From Eledone cirrhosa (taxonomy: Eukaryota), in the NCBI GenBank assembly GCA_964016885.1, contig OZ024743.1, forward strand, positions 249,550,001 to 249,614,000: a stretch of 64,000 nt of DNA, read 5' to 3'. Positions 1-13,060 of the stretch are shown piece after piece; position 1 is the stretch's first letter, and each line of letters starts with the position of its first letter. The translations under genes and the position numbers were made by a program. A model generated the notes under the pieces. That model had not been told where the DNA came from and ran no database searches. It was given only the letters and a program-made list of their open reading frames with translations.

Positions 1-123
1 GTTGGATAGCATCCATGAGCTTGGCTGGTCACACTTGGGGACGGTTGCTTCTGACAGGACTTGCTGGAGGGAGTGTTTGAGGACTCTGCCCCCACGACCC
101 TCTCAGGAATATGTCGATGAAAT
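1..123 (+). mobile_element. 3' end fragment of an RTE-like LINE
   Basis: Reads ...LGTVASDRTCWRECLRTLPPRP, the AxDRxxWR C-terminal motif of RTE-type ORFs. Confidence 0.45.
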
Positions 124-1659
124 AAAGAAGAACTGTATTTATGTGAATATATGTCTGTAAGTGTGTATTTTTGTAAGTGTGTCTGTGTTTGCGCATTTAT
201 ATTTATATACTCATACATATAAATGTATGCATATGCACATACACACATGCATATACACATACACGTGAGCGTGTTAAAAAAATCCTAGTAATTTACATTT
301 TAAAAGGAAACCTGCTGCTCTGTATTCCCATCACACTTCATATGTATATGTGTGTGTGTGGAAAACATTCAACATATAGGCAATGCAACTTAAAAAATGG
401 ACAAAAAACCTGTATTTTTCTCTATGTCCTTCAACATATACATAACGCAACAGTCTTCAAAAGATTTTCTCGGAAAAAAATGTATGTGTCTAACGAGCTT
501 TGACTGAAAATGCGGCAATTTCAGTGCAAGTCTGTCATCATGGAAACGTTAACTGTCTTCAATAGTATGGTGGATAATTCTAATATGCGGCCCTCATCTA
601 AATTTGGAATGTTAATGTGGCCCTTTCATGCAAAAAAGGTTGTGGAGCTTTGATGTAGTGAATTTGTGAAACAAAAACTAAACTCTTAAATGACACTTAA
701 AACATTTTAAACATCAAAATATTAAAACTTCGTAAATATATTCTCCATTCATGAGAATTTCAAAACAGCGTCATAATGTGTTTATTAGCTGTATCGGCTT
801 ATAAACAGGGTTTGGATTTTGTCCATTTCTCAGACATAAAATAGGGGTCAACTTACATTCGAGTATATACGGTAGGTCATATTTGCAATTACTACTACAT
901 CAACCACTACTGCGACAGCTAATACTACTGCGGCTGCTGCTACTGCTACTACTGCTAGTAAACTCTTCTAATAGGACATTCACTAACACTTGAAACTAAA
1001 GTAATGTAAAGTTTGTACTGGTAGCCACAGCTAATCATTTCTTACCTCTGGTTTTGTTGTCAGACAATCCTGCACAAACTGGGAGCTTTGAAAGACACAT
1101 GTATTAGTGCCATAACATCGATCTAGTGTGAAGAAAAACAACTCCTTACTGGGAAAGCAAATCTTACAACTACAGATACTGACCATTACTCCAATACCTC
1201 TATCTCTAAAACATTTACTTTATAGGGTCAAAGCCCATCTACACAGGTGAAAAAACTATATATTATCGTCTGTTTCAAGTTCCAGCAGAGAGCAGGGGAA
1301 GCACTATCCTGATGACAACCAAAGCCAGAAATGTGCATCGACATGCTTTTGCTGGAATCCGCTAGACAGTGTTAGCCATCGACCTTTCAATATTCATTGC
1401 TAGAAGGCTTTCCAAATGTTTATTTAATAAACATACTGTATATCTTTAGATATATGAAATTCACATACTTAAGTAATTTATATTTTCAACACACAAAATT
1501 TCACAATGTCATGAAAGGCTATTGGCATTATATAAAAATAATTGAGCAGTAACTAATAAAAACAAAGCACATAATCAAAGAACAGAAAAGAAAAAAAAAA
1601 AAGAAAATGGAAAGGAGAAAAAGAAAGAAGGATCAAGCAACGAATAAAGGGAGAGAGGG

Positions 1660-2560
1660 GCAGTCACTATACTCCAGTCGGAGTGCTGCCTCAACCGCAC
1701 CACATGGACAAAATGACAAAAGTGTTACTGTGGAGAATGGTTAGAAACACTTGCTGTAATAGCCAACCCACCTCATGGGGCTTCCTCCTGAAGTGGACTG
1801 CTGTCTTATGGAGAAAATCAGCAGTGTAGAAACCAAAGATGCCAGAGGTCTCGGCAGAGATCGATACAAAGAGGAAGCTGTCGGTCAGGCCCTGGTATTT
1901 GACTGCCTTTGTCTCCTTTGCATTGTGGACAATGGAGCCCAGGTTTGTGGCCAAAGTGACAAGGCTGGAGTCAGAAAACGAGTCGCTGCACATCGCCTCC
2001 CAAATTATGGATTTTTTCCCCCTCAAAAGGGAAGAGGGTTAATCTGCATTTACCATCGTCATGGCTGAAGCCAGCTGGCTCCAATTGTGATGGGAAACCG
2101 GCTGCGTTGAGGCTCATTCTGATGATATCACTCAGAGCAGTGTGACTGGGGAGCCGGCCTGCACTAAGGTGGTAGATAACAAGTGCAGACCGAACTCATT
2201 GACTTCTTCTCCACAATGGTATCTGTGTGGTTCACATGTAAAAGCCGACGCACTATGTCACTCCAATGCAAGTGCACTTCTTATCAAGAAGTGGATCAGT
2301 TGGTGAGGAAGGAACCGAATTGAGCCAAGCACCACAGTTTGGTTGCAAGGTGGAGCATAGGTTGGCAAGATGGTGTTGGTCCAAGGAAGATTCAATCCAC
2401 TTGAAGGAAGACCTGCCCCTGACGTCATCCCAGTTATGTTGGACATCGGTATATTGGGGGCGACAAGGCCTTTGTTAGTCCAATCAGCTAGAGCTGACTC
2501 CAGTTCCCAGGTCACACCGGATTCAATCATCTTGTGGAGGATCTCATTGATGAGAGTGTG
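1660..2560 (-). mobile_element. Decayed 3' region of a CRE-clade non-LTR retrotransposon (post-RT region, zinc knuckle, restriction-like endonuclease)
   Basis: Across frameshifts it reads QHNWD...QPNCGAWLNSVPSS...CEPHRYHCG...AGRLPSHTALSDIIRMSLNAAGFPSQLEPAG..DGK..LTLFP..GK.IIWEAMCSDSF...ETKAVKY..L...F..ETSGIFG...WLLQQV. This is the pattern of REL-type CRE-like elements. Confidence 0.8.
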
Positions 2561-2639
2561 GTTAGAGGAGAGGTTGGCTGGCAGTCCTGCTAGGGACTTG
2601 CCTATGGCTAACAATATTAGGCATCACAAAAAAATGTCA

Positions 2640-3049
2640 CATATCAAGCGATATCTGTGTTTGAAGCTTTTTAAGTGAGGAAAGGTTTTGCATGGGGCCA
2701 AACTAACTCTCGGAATATTGAATGCATTTGGCCAAAAAGAAGAACTGGTCTACATCAGTGGATGCAAACGAAGTTGCAGGCTTTTTATCAGAGTGACCTT
2801 CTCCGGGAGAAATGTCTTAATGAAGACTAGGAGTCTCTTCCCCCTCCCCCTCAAAAAATATTGGACCGTCGTTGACTTTCATGCGTTCCTCCAATCTTTC
2901 GCGGGTTTTGTTTTTTATCCCACAGGTGTCCAAAATCACCTTCCTCACCAAGCAAGCTTGGTGGGGTTGCCGATTTAATTGCTGATGACCCGACCATGCA
3001 CAGGTTGTACTGGGTTACATGTTACCAGTAGCATTGAAGAGCGACCTGA
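2640..3049 (-). mobile_element. Diverged homologue of the 5' ~400 nt of the 608-bp array unit
   Basis: Starts TATG|TCAGGTCGCTCTTCAATGCTACTGGTAACATGTAACCCAGTACAACCTGT and stays colinear with the array unit through ...AAAAGCTTCA..ACAG...GCTTGATAT. Confidence 0.85.
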
Positions 3050-3360
3050 CATACATACACATACATATATACATGCATACATACACATATATGCACATAT
3101 ACATACACATACATATATACATGCATACATACACATATATGCACATATACATACACACACATACATACATGCATGCATACATACATACACACACACAGAC
3201 ATACATATACATACATATATACATAAATACATGCATACATACGCATATATACACACATATATATATATATATATACATACATACTCACACATACATACAT
3301 ACATATATACATACATGCATACATACACACGCATACATACGTACATATACATACAGACAG
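3050..3360. repeat. Degenerate (CATA)n/(CA)n microsatellite
   Basis: Direct inspection. It explains the HIYT/MYVC low-complexity ORFs. Confidence 0.95.
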
Positions 3361-3700
3361 ATGTGTGAGTGTGTGCATTGTTATGTGGTTTTCGAGAAAT
3401 ATATTTTAAGAATTTCCACATCGGTATGTATCAATTATCTTTGTTGTGTAATTATCCTGTCTCGTGATTCCAAATGAGCGATCACGTAATAATTAGGGCT
3501 TGTTAAACAATATCACATTATCACTAATTACTCATTAGTAATTACTAATTAATTTTGTAGATCAGTGAAGGGATTAACTTAACAATCTTCGTTGTTTGTG
3601 TGTATGGTTTTGTGTGAGTGAATGTGTATACCCATATATGTGTGAGTATTGATCTGTGTGTTTAGCTGTATATATATGTTTCTGTATCTGTATGTGTGGG

Positions 3701-4085
3701 TAATAATAATAATGAAATTATTGTGTACAGTGCTCAGGTGCACTACAACTCGTCAAATGTGCATGTATAGTACATAGAATAATATACAAATGTCAGGGAA
3801 GTGAATAGTGTATGAGTCATGATATACATGTATGTATGTGTATGGAGGGGGAACATTAGGTGTAGTGTTGGCGAATCTCGGGAAGCATGGAGGTTTTAAA
3901 GGATGCTGTGTCTCGGCAGCTAACAACTGATGCAGGTAGTTTGTTCCATGCTTCAGCAACTCTGACCGTGAAAAAATGTTTCCGAAAGTCATGGGAACTG
4001 TGCCTTTTTCGGACTTTGTGGGCGTGTCCACGTGTGTTAGACACATGGAAATCAAAAAGGTACTCAGGGTTGTTGTTGGCAAGAT
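3701..4085 (-). mobile_element. 5'-truncated CR1/L2-group LINE 3' end with (TTA)n tail
   Basis: SNTRGHAHKVRKRHSSHDFRKHFFTVRVAEAWNKLPASVV is the TRGH..K..R..FF..RV..WN.LP CR1 C-terminal motif. A (TAA)n run lies at 3701-3713. Confidence 0.85.
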
Positions 4086-4748
4086 GGTCTATATATACAT
4101 ATGTGTGTATGTGTGTGTGTGCAGTGGCAGACTGGGTCTAAAGATATTAGTTGCCAGGAGATAAAGGTTGCCCACCCACATATAGAATGTTATCATTTAA
4201 TTATTAATTATCATTTAATTTTTAATTCAATGAATATATAACATTTTCAAAAAATACATAAGTAAAACAAAACAGTGCAATCAAATTTTTGCGGGAAAAA
4301 TGTATTTTTTACTAATTATAGAGTATATACATACTGTACATATTACTGGCAGTATACTGTAATACTAAATGTTAATACCGAATGTTATAATTGAATCTTT
4401 AAATAATTTTGAATGTATAGTATACTGTTATTTAGAGTAGAGTATGCAAGTGATCGTTCTTTCTTTCTCCAATAAAAAATATAAAGTACCTTGTGAAATA
4501 TACACATCTAGAGACTTTCAATGACCTTTGGGCTTTCACACTCACTCAATATATATGTATCTGGGAGTGTGTGTATGTGTGTACATGTACATGTGTATAT
4601 ATAGTTTTACATATATGTATACAAACATGTTTTTAACTCATTCTCCCTAGGGAGTTTAGACTGAAGAACTGACCACTAATTGATTTTACATGTCTTTAAC
4701 CCATTAATATCAAACGCTATTTGGCCAGTAGCTCGTGTGTATGCGTAA

Positions 4749-4821
<73 letters not shown>

Positions 4822-4958
4822 CGTGTGTGTGTCCATGTATGTGTAGCGGCCCCTTACGGCTGTAACTCAGCACGTATTTTGTTTTCCTTTTCCCTTGTGT
4901 TGGAGACATTTTTCCAGACGGAGACAATTTTTTTTTGCAGATTACCTACGGTATACCA

Positions 4959-5755
4959 ATGGCATCTCATTCTGTTCTACCTACGTACACGGGCGACGTA
5001 AGGTTATGGTTCGCCCAACTCGAAGCATTTTTCGAGGCGAACAGAATTGACGAGGCACAACAACGTCCTCTGGTCCTTAGTGCAATTCCGCCGGCACTTA
5101 TCCCAGCGATTAAGGACCTGGTGTTAGAGACACCAACCGACGCGACGTACAAGCCTCTGAAGGCTGAAATACTCAGCCGGACTGCACAGTCTGCAGAAAA
5201 ATGATTTAGGGCTCTGGTCCATCTGGAGCATATCGGTGATGGCACCCCATCGAACCTCCTAAGGCGAATGAAGGACCTAACGGAGGGGTCGGTAGCGGAA
5301 GCTGCCATGCTGAAGCAGTTGTTCTTCTCGCGCCTACCGACCAACGTACAGGCAATTTTGGCCCCCATTAGGGATACTTGCACGGTGGATCAGCTTGCCG
5401 CCTCTGCGGACAAAGTTTTCGAAGTCACGGGTGCTGGAGGCAGCGAAGCCCTTGCCGCTGTTTCCCAACCAGCTCAGGCCATGCCATCTGCGCGGCAGCT
5501 CTTACAGAGAGCTCAGCTGTTATGGCGATGCAGAGGGCCATTCAGGAACTCACCCTGGAGCTCCAGAAGATGAAGGTCTGGTGTGGTGCCCGTTCGCGCC
5601 CCCGCAGCCGCGGGAGATCTCAATCTTTTAGACACCACTCCAAGTCACCAGCTTCATCTTTATGCTGGTACCATGAGCGATTTGCCGAGAACGCGAACCA
5701 CTGCATGCAACCTTGCTCGTTTCATAAGGCGGGAAACGCCAAAGAGGTCTGCTGA
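4959..5755 (+). pseudogene. gag: Gypsy gag (stop codon and frameshift)
   Basis: LPTYTGDVRLWFAQLEAFF N-terminus, LKQLFFSRLP, and a CHCC knuckle CWYHERFAENANHCMQPCSF. A slippery heptamer GGGAAAC sits at 5731-5737. Confidence 0.85.
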
Positions 5756-8700
5756 TGAGGACAGTTGACTTCAACATAAAGCCACCAAACCGCCATTTCT
5801 TCATTAAGGACCTTATGTCGGGAAGAGGTTTCCTCGTGGATACAGGATCCTCCTGTAGTATTTGGCCGGTCCATTGCCTGAAAAATACCCCCGTAGAGTA
5901 TTCCGTTACTCTGCATGCCGTTAATCACTCGTATATAAAGACGTACGGACAAATCTCGCTTCCTCTCAAATTCCCAAATCTTCGTAGGGATTTTAAGTCG
6001 ATTTTTACGGTTGCCGATTTGCCATACCCTATCTAAGGAGCGGATTCCTCCACAACTTCTCTTTGACTGTGGACGTCCGTGGCCAACGCCTGGTGGATGA
6101 CATCAGTTTTTCAATTCGTGGCCGGAAAGCCAATGCTCCAATAGTCAGCCCCATATTCTTCATCGCTGCCGCTGGAGACGCCTACCATTCGTTGTTAGGT
6201 TCTTTCCCGGAGCTCACCGATGGAAATTTTCGAGTCACTGAGCCAACACACTCAACTGAACATTTCATTTCCACCACCGGTGCTCCAGTGTTTTCGCGTC
6301 CACGCCGCTTACCGGTGGACAAATTAAAGGCAGCACGGTCTGAGTTCGACCATATGCTGCAGCTAGGCATTATTCGCCCATCTACGAGTCCTTGGGCTTC
6401 ACCGTTACACATGGTGCCCAAGACTTCCGGCGACTGGAGACCCACTGGGGATTATAGGAGGTTAAATGCTATGACCGTCCCGGATAGGTATCCCATTCCC
6501 CATCTCCAGGATTTCGCATCTTCATTGCAGGGGTGTAAGATTTTCTCAAAACTAGATTTATTGCAAGCCTACCACCAAATTCCGGTCAGGAAGGAGGATA
6601 TTCCGAAAACGGCGATTACAACCCCTTTCGGATCCTTCGAATTTTTTACCATGCCTTTCGGACTCAGGAACGCCGCTAGCACTTTTCAGCGGTTCATAGA
6701 CGAAGTCACTCGTGGTCTGGACTTCGTTTGTGCTTACATAGACGATATTCTCGTCGCTAGTTCCTCTCCGGAAGAGCATATGCGCCACATGCATCTCTTA
6801 TTTCGGCGACTTCAGGATTACCGCATTCGTGTGAATGCCGCAAAGTGTGTTTTCAGTTCCACTTCGTTAAATTTTTTAGGCCACCTCATCGACGCTGAAG
6901 GTGTTAGGCGGCTCCCTCAGCGAGTTCAAGCCATACAGGATTTACCTCCGCCTACTACACTTCACCAGTTGCGTCACTTCTTAGGCCTAATCAATTTCTA
7001 TAGGCGTTTCGTTCCTCATTGTGCTAATTTGCTATCTTCCCTTACTGACATTTTGAAAAATCGTCGTAAGAAGAAAGAGGATATTTCCTTGACACAAGGA
7101 CAGCTTCAAGACTTCCAGACAGCACTCGCTACTTCATCTTTGCTAGTCCACCCAGTACCAGAGGCCAAGCTTTCGCTTTGTGTTGATGCATCTGATACCG
7201 CTGTGGGAGCAGTTTTACAGCAGTACAACGCTGGAAACCAACAACTTTTGGCATTTTTCTCAAGGAAGCTGAAACCAGCAGAAACGCGTTACAGCACATT
7301 TGGGCAGGAATTATTAGCCATATATCTGTCGGTGAAACATTTCTCTCATATTCTTGAGGGGAGAATTTTACTGTTTTAACCGACCACAAACCCCTGACCT
7401 TCGCTTTGAGGGCTAAAGCCGACAGATATTCGCCCAGAGAGACAAGGCACCTGGATTACGTTTCGCAATTTACAAATGATATCCAGCACATTGCTGGCTC
7501 GCATTACATAGCTGGAGACGCACTGTCACGTTTGCCAATCAGCTACATCTCGTCATCCCAGGAGATCAACTTAGGTCGTTTAGCTGCACTCCAATCGTTG
7601 GATACTCTTTCTGCCGAATTTGCGACTTGCATCTTCAAATATCTGCCCTTGTCGACCACCGACAGGCAGATTCTATGTGATGTATCTACGGATTCACCAC
7701 GACCATTTGTTCCTGAGACTCACCGTCCAATTGTGTTCCTTGCTTTGCACAGCATTTCTCACCCAAGAATTTCTGCCACAGTAAAGCTTATAACGGCTAA
7801 ACTTTTCTGGCCCAATATGAGGCGAGCAATTACTGTCTGGTGCCGTTCCTGCACACAGTGTCAGAGATCTAAAATCCACAGACACATCCGGACTCCACTT
7901 GGTACTTTCAGTACTCCAGATGCTCGGTTTCAACACATCCACATTGATATCGTTGGACCTTGGCCATTCAGCAGTGGATATTCGTACCTCTTGACCTGTA
8001 TCGATCGCCTGAAGCCATCCACTTAAAAGATATTACTGCTGAGACTGTAGCGCGTGCCCTGGTATCAGGGTCGATTACCCGCTTTGGGGTACCAACTACA
8101 GTCACCACAGACCGTGGTAGACAACTTGAGTCTCATCTTTTCTCTGTGCTTACAAAGATCATTGGCGCTCAACGGATTCGGTCCACAGCTTATCATCCTG
8201 CTTCAAACGGAATGGTGGACGATTCCACCGCCAAGTAAAGGCCGCTCTTCGCGCCTATCCAGACTCTCAACGTTGGAGCGAGTACCTTCCTATTGTGTTG
8301 TTAGGAATTCGGTCATCAATAAAGGAGGACCTTGGGTTCTCCCCGGCCGAATTACTGTATGGTGCTCCTCTAGCGTTGCCTGGGCAAATGCTTGCCCCTG
8401 TTGATCTTGCTTTCCAGGACCCTGTTTCCTACGTATCTTGTTTGCGCTCCTATTTTCAGGACTTTCCGCCCATGGGAAACAAACTATTAAAGCTGCAGTT
8501 CCGAGGGATATTGCCTCTCGTGGACACATGTATTCGTCAGAAACGATGCAGTTACTCCACCCCTCACACAACCGTACTCTGGACCCTACCGTGTGTTAGC
8601 ACGTACTGACAAACATTTCACTGTAGACATTAAGGGGTCCAGAGAGACAATTTCGATGGATAGACTAAAAAGGGCATACAATGACGCTCATACACCCGAG

Positions 8701-8805
8701 CCACAAATACCCCAATCTTTCTCTCTTGTGCATACACCTGCTCCTTCTGCCCCACCTTCACCTACATACAAGACCACGACCCGTTCCAGTCGAAGAGTCC
8801 TCTGA
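5755..8805 (+). pseudogene. pol: Gypsy pol (protease, RT, RNase H, integrase), multiple frameshifts
   Basis: FLVDTGS protease; [20 protein letters not shown] and YIDD for RT; VDASD..VGAVLQQ for RNase H; H..SHP...CTQC, HIDIVGP and TTDRGRQ for integrase; PYSGPY GPY/F module. Confidence 0.93.
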
Positions 8806-9052
8806 TCAAAAAAACTCTGCCAAACTGTTTTCATGTGAACTGGCCACTGGAGCCCTTTTTGTTTTTCTCTTTATTGTATTACCGTGTACCTTTTCGTTAC
8901 CATTTCATGCCTGTACCTTTGCGTTAATATTTCATGCCTGTGCTGGGAGCCCATGCTTGTGGGTTCGCTACAGTTACCTTCGGGCTTTTTGCCTAGCGTC
9001 TGGAGGAGGGTACTGTAGCGGCCCCTTACGGCTGTAAGGGGCCGCTACAGTA

Positions 9053-9394
9053 TAGAAGTTGTGCCCCTTTGCGACGATCGCGACTCGCAGTGGCAGATAC
9101 GTATAGGAGTTGCGTCCCTTTGTGATGGTCGCGACTCCCAGTGGCAGATCCATGTACTAAATGGAGTTGCGTCCCCCTGGGGACTATATATTTGAGGACA
9201 ATCAAGGCATCACTCTCACTTCCTTCGCCGCAACAAGAAGAACACTTCAGACCTTGTCAAGAGATGACTCCTGTCTCACTTCCTGCGCCGGCAGCCTAAA
9301 GAAACACTTGTACCTTACGAAGAGAAGATTTCTGTTCTTCTCTACACACTCCGGTCTGGGAGTTGTGACCAACTGACCATCAACATGTGGTAAC
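9053..9394 (+). mobile_element. Possible unrelated LTR-like fragment
   Basis: Contains ~50-60 bp internal tandem repeats (GAGTTGCGTCCC...CAGTGGCAGAT) and a TATA-like CTATATAT, and ends ...GGTAACA. No second copy is present in the window. Confidence 0.35.
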
Positions 9395-9897
9395 AATTAT
9401 TTATATTAATTTATTTGACTTCTATGAAGTAAAACCACATCATAACACTCACCTGCATTTATTGTCATTCTTAAATATATATATATACACTGATACTAAC
9501 ATTCTAAATATGTATGCATGCATGAATACAGTAAGCTAGACAACCAGTGATTCTAACTGTTGCCACTATCATATATTTTGGTTTCTATTAATTCCTAGGG
9601 AATTGTTTGACCAAATGCTTTACTTAATTGTTTATTTATTTTTTTAAAATGTTTATTCTCTCTCTTAGACTTATTTTTTGAAAGCAAAGCATTGACCCCT
9701 AAAATACTACAGTGGGCCTCTGCAATGCTACTGTGGGCATCCTGGGGCCCACCTGCCATTGGGCAACGTAGCCAGTCTGCCACTGTTTGTGTGTGTTTGC
9801 GTGTTAGAGGTTGTATGAATGTTTATGATTGTATGTGTGGCTGTGTATGTTTGTGTATTTGTAGTGTGTGTGTATTTGTAGTGTGTGTGTGTGTGTT

Positions 9898-9935
<38 letters not shown>

Positions 9936-10193
9936 CCCTTGTGTGTTTGTATGCGTGGATGTGTGTGTGTGATGGGTGGATGTGTATATTTACATCTTAC
10001 TGTCCCTATGGTGGTGTTAAAATGGTTAAATTCAGCTTGAACTTCTGTAGATTGATACATGTGGAAAAATGTTAGATATTGACGACCTATCGAAAGTGCC
10101 TCTACGTAATCCCTCTCTCTGTTAGAAATAGCAACCAAAGTCATCGGAAACTACATCTTACCATCCTAAGAAGTAAAAGAGAATATTAAATAA

Positions 10194-10587
10194 TTGTTTC
10201 TACTTTTGGCACAAGGCCAGCAATTACCCAGTGCATTACTGGTACTTTATTTTATCGACCCCATAATGATGAAAGGCAAAGTTAACCTCGACGGGATTTG
10301 AACTCAGAATAGCAAGAATACGTCAAAGCATGGCGTCCGACCCTCTACCGATACTGCCAATTCACATGATTTCTAGTATAGGCACAAGGCCAGTAATTTT
10401 GGGAGGAGGGGAAAGTCAATTAAATGGATCTCAGTATGTTACTGGTACTTTATTTTATCGACCCCCCCATAAGGATGAAAGGCAAAGTTAACCTTGGTGG
10501 AATTTGAACTCAGATCGTAAATGGCCATAACTATGCTACAAAGCATGGCGTCCGACCCTCTACCAATACTGCCAACCCACCGCCCTT
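10194..10587 (-). mobile_element. Two adjacent copies of tRNA-derived SINE family 1
   Basis: On the minus strand: A-box-like TGGCAGTATCGG, B-box GAGTTCAAATCC, core GCCTTTCATCCTTA.GGGGTCGATAAAATAAAGTACCAG, and 3' end GGCCTTGTGCC...AGAAACAAT. Confidence 0.85.
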
Positions 10588-11003
10588 AGAATATTAAATA
10601 ATGAAGTTATAGATGCATTGTCTGTAAATGAATTGAATTGATCATGATTGTTACACGTAAGTGTATCATTTACACATGTACAGTATTTATAATTGGATAC
10701 ATACAAACATACATACGCACACACAGACACATACTACCATACACACATGCGAACACACAAGCATACACACAAACATACACATACGTGCAAACACACTCGA
10801 GCACACAACCGCGAACACAAACACACGCGCACAAACTGCGGCACATATTCACATTCACACTCGTCACAAACTCACGCTCACTTAGGTGCATGCATGCGTG
10901 CGCACACATACGCACAACAGACTTCTGCACGGTTTTGTTTTACTAAATTTAACTCATAAACATTGGTCAACCTGAGACTATAATACAAGACAAATACCAA
11001 ATT

Positions 11004-12693
11004 GCCTATATAACTACACATTCATACCTGTACCTATATAACTACACATTCATACCTGTACCTATATAACTACACAATTACACCTGTACCTACATAACTA
11101 CACCTGCACTTATATAACTACACAATTACACCTGTACTTATATAACTACACAATTACACCTGAACTTATATAACTACACATTCATACCTGTACTTATATA
11201 ACTACACAATTACACCTGAACTTATATAACTACACATTCATACCTGAACTTATATAACTACACATTCATACCTGAACTTATATAACTACACAATTACACC
11301 TGCACTTATATAACTACACAATTACACCTGAACTTATATAACTACACATTCATACCTGTACTTATATAACTACACAATTACACCTGAACTTATATAACCA
11401 CACAATTACACCTGAACTTATATAACTACACAATTACACCTGAACTTATATAACTACACAATTACACCTGAACTTATATAACTACACAATTACACCTGGA
11501 CCTACATAACCACACAATTACACTTGAACTTATATAACTACACAATTACACCTGAACTTATATAACTAAACAATTACACCTGAACTTATATAACTACACA
11601 ATTACACCTGAACTTATATAACTACACAATTACACCTGTACTTATATAACTACACATTCATACCTGTACCTATATAACTACACAATTACACCTGAACTTA
11701 TATAACTAAACAATTACACCTGAACTTATATAACTACACAATTACACCTGTACTTATATAACTACACATTCATACCTACACTTATATAACTACACAATTA
11801 TACCTGAACTTATATAACTACACAATTACACCTGAACTTATATAACTACACAATTACACCTGAACTTATATAACTACACAATTACACCTGTACTTATATA
11901 ACTACACAATTACACCAGTACCTATATAACTACACAATTACACCTGCACTTATATAACTACACAATTACACCTGGACCTACATAACCACAATTACACCTG
12001 AACTTATATAACTACACAATTACACCTGAACTTATATAACCACACAATTACACCTGAACTTATATAACTACACAATTACACCTGAACTTATATAACTACA
12101 CAATTACACCTGAACTTATATAACTACACAATTACACCTGAACTTATATAACTACACAATTACACCTGGACCTATATAACCACACAATTACACCTGAACT
12201 TATATAACTACACAATTACACCTGTACTTATATAACTACACAATTACACCTGTACTTATATAACTACACATTCATACCTGTACCTATATAACTACACAAT
12301 TACACCTGAACTTATATAACTACACAATTACACCTGAACTTATATAACTACACAATTACACCTGTACTTATATAACTACACATTCATACCTGCACTTATA
12401 TAACTACACAATTACACCTGAACTTATATAACTACACAATTACACCTGCACTTATATAACCACACAATTACACCTGCACTTATATAACCACACAATTACA
12501 CCTGAACTTATATAACCACACAATTACACCTGAACTTATATAACTACACAATTACACCTGCACTTATATAACTACACAATTACATGTGCACTTATATAAC
12601 TACACAATTACACCTGAACTCATATAACTACACAATTACACCTGTACTTATATAACTACACAATTACACCTGCACTTATATAATTACACAATT
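11004..12693. repeat. 28-bp minisatellite, about 60 copies
   Basis: Unit CTTATATAACTACACAATTACACCTGAA with variants (TGTA/TGCA, CATTCAT). Confidence 0.95.
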
Positions 12694-12722
12694 AATTTAG
12701 AATAATTAACTTTGACAGTTAC

Positions 12723-13060
12723 CAGCTGCCACATATTTTAAAAGTAATCATTGATATCCGCCATGTCCTGAACAGATCAATACATGTGTATGTCTTTTGT
12801 AAGTCTTGTGGTTTTGTTTTCACAGCATTGTTTTGGAATTTATCAATTTCTGTTGGCATCACATCAATGCTTTCCATCATCATAATCGTTTAACGTCCGT
12901 GTTCCACGCTGTTGATTCTACATTTACTTCACTATTTTGATCAACGTTTAATGTTGATTGCTCCAACATTTTGACTGTTGCTATATAATCAGATTTATTT
13001 GTCTTGCTCATTCTATTTATAATGTCTGCTGCTTTCTTAAGCCGATTGTTTCCAATAAGC
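12723..13060 (-). pseudogene. SLC22-like exon 5, interrupted by a 35-bp RTE 3'-end insertion
   Basis: LIGNNRLKKAADIINRMSKTN...NVEST[insert]ESIDV...YTCIDLFRTWRISMITFKICGS-TG|GTAA. Removing 12875-12909 restores the frame (303 nt). The usual PESPRW motif before it was not found, so the 5' boundary is tentative. Confidence 0.8.

Larger units (their letters stand above)
4842..9049 (+). mobile_element. Gypsy/Ty3 LTR retrotransposon (CsRn1-like), decayed, both LTRs reduced to stubs
   Basis: gag-pro-RT-RNaseH-IN order. A polypurine tract GGAGGAGGG lies at 9002-9010. The 24-nt TGTAGCGGCCCCTTACGGCTGTAA occurs at both 4842 and 9014. Confidence 0.92.

Noticed and set aside
177-503. Short low-complexity ORFs (HTHT, YIYI, VCVC types) here and throughout the window
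   Set aside because: They are translations of (CA)n, (TA)n and (CATA)n microsatellites.
520-875. hAT-like and pogo-like MITE ends (GCGGCCC..., GAGTATATACGGTA)
   Set aside because: Only single decayed termini are visible and no partner TIR or TSD was found.
1046-1205. Possible later SLC22 exon on the minus strand (R|DRGIGVMVSICS..., AG...GT bounded)
   Set aside because: Only the first ~10 residues resemble the expected motif and the intervening exons were not found, so support is too weak.
9480-9600. Possible degenerate transmembrane exon (KPKYMIVATVRITGCLAYCIHACI) on the minus strand
   Set aside because: It is bounded by stops and has no convincing splice sites or motif.
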